In this document: positions 37,259 to 48,800 of the stretch, one piece after another
Layout of the letters: every line of letters begins with the position of its first letter
Position numbering within the stretch: position 1 is the first letter of the stretch
DNA from: Hormiphora californensis
Lineage: Eukaryota; Animalia; Ctenophora
Direction of reading: 5' to 3'
Length of the DNA: 64,000 bases
Assembly (NCBI GenBank): GCA_020137815.1
Contig: CM035361.1
Location: 4,030,001 to 4,094,000, forward strand
Notes under the pieces: generated by a model
The model's input: only the letters and a program-made list of their open reading frames with translations
Database searches by the model: none
What the model was told of the DNA's origin: nothing
Position numbers and translations under genes: made by a program

Positions 37259-38628
37259 TTGACTTACTTGACTTGACTTAAGGCGAGTGGTATTCTCGAA
37301 CGCTGTAGGTCAGTTTTCGCCAAGGATCTCGGCCAGCCATCATTGAGGATATCTCTGCTACGCTCTTCACTCCAGTATCTCTTCGTATGGTGTCCACGAA
37401 TGTAAGGTTTGGTCTCCCTCTTTTCGTTTTACCGTGGGAGGGTTCCCATAACAATACTGAGTGAAGTGTTAGCTCTGGGTGTCTAAACGCGTGGCCAGCA
37501 TGTCTCAGGCGTCTCTCTGCTATTTTGGTGCTGAGAATCGGTAGGTCACCATACAGCTCGCAGTTGGTCATCCTCAGGAGATACTGGTTTTTATTCAGTG
37601 CCATCCTGAGCATTCGAGTGTAGGTGCCGTTTAGACAACGCTCTTGGTCCCTAGTAAGAGTCCAAGTCTCACAGCCGTACAGCAGAACAGATTCTACACA
37701 TGCCACAAACAATCGGACCTTTAGCTCATCTTTAAGACTCGAGTTCCAGATCTTCTTGAGTTTATGACATGCCACCCATGCTTTAGCCTTTCTGGTGTTA
37801 ATGTCCCGGGTGGAGTCCGCGATCCAACTACCAAGATACTTGAAGTCCTGTACCCTCTTGATGCTCTCTCCCGACAGAGATGTTAACTGCCCTGGGTTAT
37901 CGATGCCCTCTGTCAGGAATTCTGTCTTACCAAGGTTACAACGGAGGCCAATTTGGCCACACACGGTTTCCACCTCCTTGAGCAGAGTTCCAAGTTGTTC
38001 AGTAGAGTCGGCAAGGAGCGCTAGATCGTCAGCAAACTCCGTATCCGATACCCGTTGAGCCTCAATCGGTCGAGATCTGGTACCCCGTGCTGGTTGGATG
38101 GTGAAACCAATCTCCGGGTGCCTCGAGAGTGCCGTACTGATGCAGTAGTCCAGTGCTATTATGAACAAATAGGGTGCGAGCGTATCGCCCTGTAACACCC
38201 CGGCAACAATTTCAAAGAGAGCAGATTCTCCATCAGCGGTATAAGGTCCACTATCCGTGCCGGGATCCCATACGCTCTGAGAATCTTCATCAAAGATTTC
38301 CTGTTGATGCTGTCGAAGGCTTTACAGAAATCTATAAATACCATCGCAACAGGAAGGTTCTTTGCCCTCGCACCTTCAAGAATCCGCCTCAAAGTGAGAA
38401 CATGATTAGTAGTGGATCGGCCTTCCCTGAACCCGTTCTGATTATCGCTGAGCAGAGTTTCCACATGGGGTCCTAATTCTGTGGAGGATCATCCGATTTA
38501 GCGTTTTAGCTACAATCGAAGTCAGAGCTATCCCACGGTAGTTTCCGGGTTTTGAAAGGTCGCCCTTTTTTGGGACTGGGATCAGGTTGCTTACACGCCA
38601 CTGATCCGGGACTCCTTCCCCATTTAGT
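37259..38628 (-). mobile_element. 5'-truncated RTE-clade non-LTR retrotransposon
   Basis: RT motifs NYRGI, QNGFREGRST, FIDFCKAFDS, LQGDTLAPYLF, FADD and FKYLGS in 38464-37278, with one frameshift/deletion at ~38235. Short gtcaa-type 3' tail; TSD GCTTAGTC (37251-37258 / 38629-38636). Confidence 0.93.
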
Positions 38629-38962
38629 GCTTAGTCACGGACAAGAATATGTAGCTATAGCTCTCTCTTTCTCTCGATTTACTGTAACTATCTCTCGTTT
38701 ACCTTCTCTCCTTTGCTTCTCCTCCTAGCCCTCAACATGCTTTATTCAGTTCGACAGTTCTCTAGTTTTTATTCAGCCACATATATTTTAGTAAGTAGTT
38801 TTTCATAGCTTAGTATTTTAAATCTACCCTCGCGTCAGCAAACTTTAAAAACGAGAGAATTGTTACTTCAACGGTCAATGATCATCGGTGTAAATATCGG
38901 CAGTATTTTACTTTTATATTTATGCTTATATTTTTACATTATCTAGTGAATGAAGTGAACCG

Positions 38963-40333
38963 ATGAATTTAGTTCTGGTACTTTTCCTCTCGACAGCTGT
39001 CCCGTGTCAACTCACTGAAGGAGCAGGTTCGTTAAATAATAAGTGAAACTTTTGATAGTTTTGATAGTTGGAGAAGGGGCACAACCTCGAAAAGTTCGAA
39101 CATATACCCGTGTTTTAACACATGACCTCCCACGCCCCGGACGTGTTTCCCCACCTACCTCGTTAAATAACTTTCATTGATCAGAAATTCATTTTCTCGG
39201 TTACTCCATCTTCTTAAATTAAACTCTCCCAGACTGGACAGCAGTGGAGCGGGATGTTCTGATACCCTGGGACCTGGAGGGAACACCTCTACAGATAAAG
39301 ACAGACTCAAAATTGGGCAGTGATGATCAGAAGATCTCGATAGGGGTGTACGACTATGACAGCAGCAAGATCAGTGGGTTGAGTGTGAAGTTCTCCTCCC
39401 CAATGCAATATCTTATACACGACTGCACAGTTAGTAGCTTGACAGACCTGCCAGTGCAACCCCCAGTTGAAGAGGAGAAGATCTGGACCATCACCAAAAC
39501 AGAGACTGCCCTCATCATCACATGCAACAATGTGGAGGTGCTGAACTACCTGTTCGCAGATAGTTCAGATAGCGACTGTGTTGCAAAGTGGGGTGGTGAT
39601 GTGGAGGAAATCAAGTTTAACAGTGGTTATGACACAGCATCTGACTTATACAGAGCAGGTAAGGGTATCAACTTCATTAATACCACTTATAGTGTAATTT
39701 AATGTATCCCACTATATATAAACAAGGGTCACCACACACCAAAGTTAAAATTAAAATTAAAATTTGACGTTTTTGGTAATAACTCTGCCATTTCTTGGCA
39801 AAATTGCTTCATTTTGGGCTTGTTGGAAAGAGGGCATCGAGCCCGTTCTGAACAGCCCAAGAAACTTGAAATCGGCAAAAAGTGCGCGGCGTTACAGTGC
39901 AAAATGTGTGTGTTAAAATTTTAAAATTTTAACGTGCGCATTATGCGCCTTAACGCCGCGCACTTTGCGCCGATTTCAAGTTTCTTGGGCTGTTCAGAAC
40001 GGGCTCGATGCCCTCTTTCCAACAAGCCCAAAATGAAGCAATTTTGCCAAGAAATAGCAGAGTTATGACCAAAAACGTCAAATTTCAATTTTAATTTTAA
40101 CTTAGGTGTGTGGTGACCCCAATGAATTCACACCTATAACTATTTCCATTCAGCACCAGAGTGTCCAGCCTTTACTATTGAGGGATCAACACAAGGGGAC
40201 TGGACTGCCTCACAAACAGGGACAACTGCCACCATTGAATGTGCTGTCAACCACATCCTTGTGGGGAATGAAACATTTACTTGTGACGATGACGGATCTT
40301 GGTCAAGTGAGGAACCGGAGTGTGATAAAATTG
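38963..40333 (+). CDS. Secreted protein: signal peptide, ~140-aa 'PWDLEGTPLQIKTDS' domain, sushi/CCP domain; 3' end unresolved
   Basis: Exons 38963-39026 (MNLVLVLFLSTAVPCQLTEGA), 39233-39658 and 40154-40333 (APECPAF...IECAVNHILVGNETFTCDDDGSWSSEEPEC), all phase 1. Intact paralogue of the gene at 1-1440. Confidence 0.88.
39726..40119. mobile_element. PIF/Harbinger-like palindromic MITE
   Basis: TIR GGGTCACCACACACC and a 3-bp TSD CAA. The paralogous intron at ~13-50 shows the empty site. Confidence 0.88.
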
Positions 40334-40849
40334 GTAAGTTTGTTAAATACCAAAACAATTTGAGACAGATCAGGATACAGCATTCCTTCATTGTGATATC
40401 CCCCCTCGCGTAATGCATATTGCATATCAGCCATCATTTCATAACCTCATTCCCACCATTCACTAGTAGTTTAAAGGGATAGATGAGAAAGAGATCACAG
40501 CTGGGTTGATGTTTAGTATAACTCAGATATCAGTTACAAATTTGTGTTGGCCTTAATTATTTCTATCGAGAATATTTAATAATGTATTGAAATTTGTTAA
40601 ATAATACGTCATATTAAGATCACAGAGTCTGACAGTATACAATTTTATTGTTTATTGTGTTTTTGTTTATTCTGCATTGAGTGCTGGAGTGTACGCTGTT
40701 TGTCTAGACCATAACGAGACTTAGCTATATACACCTTGTTTGTTAGCTTGTTAGCAAAACTTTTAATTTTGTTAGAATTTTGCAATTAATTAATGCTAAT
40801 TAAATAATTAATGTTAATTTAATAATTAACTAATATTAGTTACCTAACA

Positions 40850-41548
40850 ATGGATAAGAAGCGAGGATCTAAAAGTGTGCAAGTGGTGTGGAAACCAGAT
40901 ATGCGGGGAAGTATTACGTATGTGTTAAAAATGTTTCAAATTTCAAGGAATGAAGCTGGAGCTACTCAGTCGGACCCCGATTTTCCGGGATGTTTGGGAA
41001 ATTAATTTTGCCCGGTAAATCGGGGTGCCCAGTAAATTGGGGTTAAATACTGCTATAATTTCCTATAACGGGGGAAGTTCATCCTCCCGTTAAATCGGGG
41101 TCCGACTGTATTTACTGTATCCATAGAAACACGTTTGATTTCCAGGTTTCTGACCTGTTTGCGGGTGAAGGATGGCTCTCATTGGAAGGTCGATACACGT
41201 GGTCGGATTAACTACTTAACAACACTTAATGTCAAGGAGTACAATAGTGATGAATGGAGAACAGATTGCCGAGGTAGTAATTTACCTAAATATCAAGGGA
41301 CTTAAAACTAGCTTAGTTAAAATGTCATAAACTATAGTTACCCCTTGACGTTAATTTTAGGTTCCTTGATTGATATTTGATTGCCGAGCCAATAACTTAC
41401 CTAAATATGTTTCAATTTGCCAATATTATTACAACAGAATCTGTCATGTTATGAATTATAATGAATATGATTGAATGATGAAGTGTTTTTCATTTCAGGT
41501 GGAATCAAGTTCCTAACCAAACTAAAGAGTGGTCAGCGATCGGCTTGA
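40850..41548 (+). CDS. 81-aa protein with three WxxDxRGxIx(F/Y)LTxL repeats
   Basis: Exons 40850-40917, 41146-41273 and 41499-41548 give MDKKRGSKSVQVVWKPDMRGSITFLTCLRVKDGSHWKVDTRGRINYLTTLNVKEYNSDEWRTDCRGGIKFLTKLKSGQRSA*. Confidence 0.82.
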
Positions 41549-42124
41549 ATTAAGTGAAATGTTTTCTCTTCAAAGTTTTACAGCATTTTTATGGGTTTTA
41601 TCCGTTTTAAAAACTGCGAAATTGTTCTATTCGTCGAATTTGTTATCTTATTACATTTACAAACATTTTGCGTTTTATGATTGTTGAAGTTTTATGCACT
41701 CACATGTTGTCAGGCCATAATACTCTGACCACAGTTCTCGTGCAAGAATAGGGTCGGAGGGCCTATGCTCTGACAGCTCCCATACTGAATGGATGAAATT
41801 TCGACGAGAAATTCAGTGAGAACTGCTGGGTAGAGCACTGGAAGGAATACTGATGTACGTAAATGCTGTTGATTCTATAATTCCTGGTTTATAAAGCATA
41901 CATATATTATGCTTTCCTTAAACTCTCTCTCTCCCCCTCTATCTCTCTCTCTCTCTCTCACCCTCTTTCTCACTCTCTCCGGCAGGTTTAACTGCAAAGG
42001 GGCGAGATAATTTGCTTTTCGCGGGCCTACATAATTTCCCTGTCAAATGCACATACCCTAATCAAATTTATAAATATGCACTTGCACTGCAGGAATGCAT
42101 CCTACTGCTGACCCGCCGCCCCAG

Positions 42125-42132
42125 TATAAAAG
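42125..42132 (+). promoter_or_regulatory. Candidate TATA box
   Basis: TATAAAAG 45 nt upstream of the ATG at 42170. Confidence 0.5.
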
Positions 42133-42169
42133 GGAAGTGTGATTTATCAAAAATCAATACTTTTCAACC

Positions 42170-45100
42170 ATGCGGTTTTCTATTGCGATCCTTCTTCTGG
42201 TGGTGGCATCCATCTCGGCCCAACAATGGTAGGTTTTAGATGGACGTGTACTGTCGGACCCCGACTTAACGGCACCCTCGGGGAAATACTTTTGTCCGTT
42301 AAATCAGGGTCCGACTGTACTGTACTTTTTATACACATTCTCTCCTTCCCGCTTCCCGGTAAGAGAGGGTACTCAAGTGTGCAGTTCTTTTAGATATACG
42401 ACGGTGTGTAGCAGAAAGTTTGGGGTTTGCCAGGGTTAGACTAGCATGTATCCACAAAACAAATGAGTTATGGTGATAGATTCGTAATATAAAAGGGTCA
42501 TCCGCCTTTGCCCACTACTGTGAAAACTATAGTAATCACCTACTAAGCAACTGCTAGGCATTTTATTACAAAACAAAACTTAACAAAACGATTCTCTGCC
42601 CCCCCCCCCTCTCCTTACTTTATAATCTCCCAGTCGACTAGACCAGCTTGTTATTTTTGATATTCATTATTCATTCGTCTATGATATCCAGAGCTAGCGC
42701 TGAGAGTTGAGACATCTTGCACCGAGTCCCCGGCTATAAACTATTGCACCGAGTCCCCGGCTATAAACTATCTCTGATGGTTTAGTTCCACACGTGCAAA
42801 ATTACACAGGATGATTTAGTTCTACACGTGCAAAAGGAACCATGATATGGTTTAGTTCCGCACGTGCAAAAGGAACCATGATGGTTTGTGTCCGCACGTG
42901 AAAAATGACACATGACATGGTTTTGTTCTAGAACACAACTTAGAAGATGATCCTGAATAATTAATTTTTGTAAAGTCATACTATTTTCAACCAGGGGCCG
43001 GACATCCTATGGAAGAGACGATGAATACGAAATGCCAAACTTACCGGAGCAGCGATTCATTTTCCAAGATAGGTAAGTTTCAACGCAATTGTTAACCCAT
43101 GGTAACGCTACATATTGCAAACTCACATTTTACACTCCTCACACATTTTACACTCCTCACATATCATTATTTCCACAGTCCTCAAAATATGTCCACACTC
43201 CTTACATATCAATGTGTCCACACTCCTCACATTATTTCCACACCCCTCACATTATTTCCACACTCCTCACATTATTTCCACACTCCTTACATTATTTCCA
43301 CACTCCTTACATTATTTCCACACTCCTTACATTATTTCCACACTCCTCACATTATTTCCACACCCCTCACATTATTTCCACACTCCTCACATTATTTCCA
43401 CACCCCTCACATTATTTCCACACCCCTCACATTATTTCCACACTCCTCACATTATTTCCACACTCCTTACATTTCAATGTGTCCACACTCCTCACATATC
43501 AATGTGTCCACACTCCTCACATTCTGTCCACATTCCTCACATTATTTCCACATTCCTTACATTATTTCCACACTCCTCACATTATTTCCACACTCCTTAC
43601 ATTATTTCCACACCCCTCACAGTATTTCCACATTCCTCACATTATTTCCACACTCCTTACATTATATCCTCTCCATCAGGATGGCAGAGGAAGGACCCAT
43701 GTATCGATCATTCTCTAACAAGTCCTGTCAACTGGTGTGTAGGGGATCCCTTGCTATTCGCCAGCAACCTGGACAACAGTACTTCAGGTAGATAGATCAG
43801 AGAATTAGCTGATCAGAGCTGGGGAAATTCTCAGGTAATTAATTAACTAATTATCTAGTAGCTATCATACTTAGTGTATCTTGCTCATTTTGTATTTTCA
43901 TTTTACTGTCAGTTATTTATACTACAGTTATAGGGATCTAGCAAACCACCCAACTTAATCACAATTAAGTCCTATTCTGTTTCAACAGGTACCATCGAGT
44001 AAATCTGACTGACTGCTTCAACGCTCCTCAATACACTGAAAACCCCAAAGTCTACAATGGCTCCTATGTAACAAAACTAAATGGTGGACCCTCCGCAAAG
44101 CCATCGCAGCCGGAAATCTTCCAACGATATTACAACAATTACAAGTGAGCTAATAGACTGCAGATGGACCCCGATTTAGTGGGATGTTCGGGACAATGGG
44201 TTTTGCCCGGTAAATCGAGGTGCCCGGTATATCGGGGTCAAATGCCGTCAATTTCCTATATCGTGAGAAATTTATCGTCCCGATAAATCGGGGTTTCGGT
44301 AGATCGGGGTCAAACTGTATTTACCAATTATGGGCATAAAATGTGACACCTGCACCCAAATATATGGGCATAACATGTGACACCACCAAATTATGGATTA
44401 TGGGCATAACTCCACCCATTTCTCAGGCATTCAATCACGTACAGAACTGGGGAGTTTTATATGGATTTCGGTGTGTTTATCCCTCGACAACGGATTGACG
44501 GAAGAGTGTTTATCGACTGGGAGGTAAAAATTAATGTGTTGTAAATCACGTTGTAATGGAAAACATTTTGTAAGGCATTGCAAGCCTTACAAAATGTTTT
44601 TCGTTCAATGTATTGAAACTACTCAATACTCATCCCTGATAAATCTCATATTACCCCATTTTACTGACAATGATTAGTCAACTCCTCCCGGTTAGATCGG
44701 TATCAAACTACCCAAATTTTATCGTGTTTATCATTTTATAGGTACGAAGGAATATCAGTGAGGACCAGTACGCCTCCTACGAAAAATCTAGATGCGATTG
44801 GCAGATCAGGTATATGATGAAGACAGGAGGGGAACGCGAGGAGTGAAAGCTGGGGACGAGAGATTTGATGACGAGATACAGATGAGAAGAAGAGAAACTG
44901 TCAAATGTACTAATCCTAAACACATTCCTGTCGTTAACATCAGACGGCCCGTAACGAGAAAAGAAGAAGGAGGTTAGGAAGTGAGTAGACAGCGGAAAGT
45001 CAAAGGGAAACATATACAACCTGAGATCGGTATAACACTAAATTATGAACTTTACTGAAAAAGCAAGTGGTCTACAATATGCCTCCACGATCTAGACTGA

Positions 45101-45507
45101 TCGGCCCGTTGCAAAGAAAGAGACTTTAAAACTAAGATACGTTACATAAGAGATAACATAACTTAACTGACTCAACTAAAAAATACCGTCGTTAGGAGAC
45201 AGGACAGCCCGTAACGAGAAAGAAAGAAGGAAGGAGGATAGGAGAGATCAGACAGCGGAAAGTCATGGGACAACAACAACAATAATAAGGAGGTAGTAAC
45301 ACTGAAACTTGACTGATAAATGCATGTCAAGTCTATAATAATGACCTGTTTCCCTTTTTAGGGGGGAACGTAGATAGGAAGGATCCAGAAAGGTGGGGTT
45401 CAGGGAGGATTACCTACATGGCTAATACAAACTATGCAGCTGAAAGAATATTAGACTCGCCCTCGCAGTGGAGTGTGTGTTTCGATGGGTGTACCTTACT
45501 GCCATAA
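42170..45507 (+). CDS. Uncharacterised secreted protein, 7 exons, ~236 aa
   Basis: Exons 42170-42228 (signal peptide MRFSIAILLLVVASISA), 42995-43072, 43680-43787, 43989-44144, 44427-44523, 44742-44809 and 45362-45507. Phases agree except for one extra G in the G6 run at 45361. Confidence 0.85.
43120..43665 (+). repeat. 20-bp intronic minisatellite
   Basis: (cactcctcacattatttcca)n. Confidence 0.95.
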
Positions 45508-45869
45508 ACCTGTCAAAGGGGGAGGCAGTGAGGGACCCCAGTCGACACTTTCATTCCAGGCAACTGTGTATAGATCGAACGGTCGGTCTCAATTATCGAG
45601 ATTTCCGGGGCGCCTGACTTAGTAACTTGTGTACCCGTACCGATTTAAAGCCCCGAAACGTGTCAGGTGATGAGTTCGATCTGAGTCTCGGTTGTCTGGC
45701 GAGTGTCCACGTTTCCATCTTAGTGGACGGAGGGTTCTCGGTCTTTCCGCTGTCCGGATCTCTTGGTGTTGGCGGGTGTTTGGCGGCGTAGTTGTGACTT
45801 GTGTTGCGTTTAGGTTTGGAGGTTTGGTGAAGGTTTAGAGGTTTGGAGGTGTGGTGGAGGTTTAGAGTT

Positions 45870-48800
45870 TGAGACCTGATCGTAGAGGAGGGATTGACCC
45901 TGCTTAACGCGGAGACCAACAAGGGTGAACCCTGCTACCGGCACTGAGAGCTCCCCCGACGTAACACTCGTGGGGAAGAAATGGGCTGATAGAGCAGACG
46001 GCATCCCGACCGACCTGATCACCTTCCCATCATATTCAACATCAGATCCAACCTCGCCTTACAACAAACAGATCAGTCGACCTCCCAAGTGGAGAGCAAA
46101 TGTTGACCTTTCCAGCTTCACAGCCGAGCTAGAGAACGACTTCCTGGACTTGGAGGAGGAACAAACACTCCATAGAAGGGTGAGAAGATTCCAGGAAAAA
46201 GTTGATCCAAAGCTGCGGAAAAGCATGTGGGGAAAAACAGTACCAGGAAAGGGCACGATGAACCCCAGAGTAAGAGATGCCGTGACAAAAAGGAACACCC
46301 TAAGAGAGAACGTGAAAGACCCAAGAGAAGAATGGACTTGAGGCATGCGACAACGCCGCCAACCTGATGGACGAAGCAAAAACTGGACCGGTGGGAGGAA
46401 AACTCTTGCTGGAGCAGAGATGCAGGATCCCCAGCTATGAGGCTCGTGCGCTCCCTCAATGGATGCCCTGACACCAACAACCCAAACGAAGCCCTGCTCC
46501 ACAAACGGCCGACTCATCACAACATAAAGAGAAAGGCCGACATATTGCTTCCCTTACGCCCGTTTAGTTCCCTGAACAAAACAGGACCAGAACGTACAGA
46601 GACCAACCTGAAGCTCAACGGACCTCGAGGAAGACCAAACTGGAGAAGACGAAGTAGAAGCTCCAGCTAGCTCCCCCTTTACAATAAGGAGCTAAAGGCA
46701 TAAGCATAAGAAAAGCAAGAAAAGGGCGCACCGGCCCAAATGACATAACACCTGCTTTCATCAAAGCCCTGGGAAGCAACGCCCTGGAAGAACTCCTTGC
46801 CATCTTTAACCAGTCCCTGCACTCCAACATCTGCCACAGATTTGGAGGACTGCCTCGATCATCCCCCGTTGAAGGCTGGCAAGCCAGCCAAGGTCCTAGC
46901 GTCATACAGGCCAATCAGCCTCACTTCATGTGTGGTGAAGACAGCAGAGAGAATGATAGCGGACAGAATCTACCACCTCGCAGAGACTGGAGGCTGGTTC
47001 ATCGCCTCCAGGCTGGTTCCGGAGAGGACGATGCTGTGAAGACCAGGTACTCCGGCTGGTCCAATCTATAGAGATGGCTTCCAATCCAAACCCTCCAACA
47101 GAACAGTAATGGCACTACTAGACCATCCAGGCTTATGACAAGGTCTGGAGGGATAAGCTCCACTGACATGTACAACAAGGGAGTACCCAAACCCTATTCG
47201 CTGGCTTACGATGCTTCCTGAACAATCGACTGCCAGAGTTAACTACAATTATAACTCCCACAGCTCATACGAATCCCAGACAAGGACTACCACAAGGGTC
47301 AGTGTTGGCCCCACTGCTATTTCTGTTTTATATCAACACACTTGCAGAGAACTCCCGGAGGACAGCGTCAACTCCTATTGTTGACGATTGTCAACAGTCA
47401 CCGGTATCGGCTCCACACTCGGAAGGCCGCCCGTAGCTGCCAGAGGGCGGTTGACATAGTAGTGGAGTGGTGCAGGGAATATAAGATGATACTGAGTGAC
47501 AAGAGCGTCAGCACCTACTTTACACATCGAGTAACGAGCCCACTGGAGACCCTCTCTCAAGCGGGGGAGATCATCTTTCTTATGACCCGACACGAGACTC
47601 TTGGGAGTTATCTGGATAGCTCACCTTTGGTCCTCACGTACAAGTCACTGAAGGAGAATCAACTCCAAGTGTCGAATCCTAGCAGCCCTCAGTAACACCA
47701 CTGGGGATGGAAGAAGAACAGTCTGCTAAAGGTTACATACGCACATCCGAAGTGTACTGGACTACTCCGCTAGCGCCTGGCAGCCGTGGATTTCTGATAC
47801 AAACAGAAAAACCCTTGAAACCCTACAGAACAAGCTCTACGTCTAATCAAGGCCAGTACAGATCCACCCCCCTTGAAGCTCTAAGACTAGAAGCAGGAGT
47901 GCAAAGCTACACAACACAATCCAAGAGGCTCCTGCTAACGGCCAGCCGAAAAGCCCTCAGATCTCCACAGGATCACCCGCGCCGGCTAGCGGTTGAGGGA
48001 ACGGTAGCACACAGGCTAGTACGGCCTAGCTTCCGGACCAGATCTGAAGACCTCCAATCCCATCTCCCAGCCACATTCGAGAATAGAGAGGAGCTCTCCT
48101 ACTCCACCCCCTCCCTGGATGGAGGAAACACAATGACCATCCACCAACACTACCGGGCGGAGTGACAAAAAATACCTTCCCGCGGATGACCTGAGAACCC
48201 TCACACTGTCGACCATCAAGTGAACACAAGGCAGAGGTAACGATATACACAAGGAGGGTTATACTTCCAACGGAGGCAGTGTATGGTGGCAGTGGAAGGC
48301 GTGGTATGGTGGCAACCACTGGAACCCCAAAACCCCACCGTCATTGACACCATCAAGACTAGAGGACGACCGACACCTCATCATTTGAGAGGAGCAGAAG
48401 CTTGGAGGAGGACCAAACATCATAGAAGGGTGAGAAGATTCCAGGAAAAAGTGATCAAAGCTGCGGAAAACATGTGGGGAAAACAGTACCAGGAAAGGCA
48501 CGATGAACCCCAGAGTAAGAGATGCCGTGACAAAAAGGAACACCCTAAGAGAGAAACGTGAAAGACCACAGAGAAGAATGGATGTGAGGCATGCCACAAC
48601 GCCGCCAACCTGATGGACGAAGCAAAAACTGGACCGGTGGGAGGAAACTCTTGCTGGAGCAAGATGCAGGATCCCCAGCTATGGAGGCTCGTGCGCTCCT
48701 CAATGGATGCCCTGACACCAACAACCCAAACGAAAGCCCTGCTCCACAACGGCCGACCTCATCCAAACAATAAGAGAGGCCGCACATATTTGTTCCCATT

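Noticed and set aside
45593-45880. 2A peptide or inverted 5' end of the RNase H element
   Set aside because: The VNPA string belongs to the endonuclease PTR motif, not DxExNPGP. No TSD could be fixed to support an inversion.
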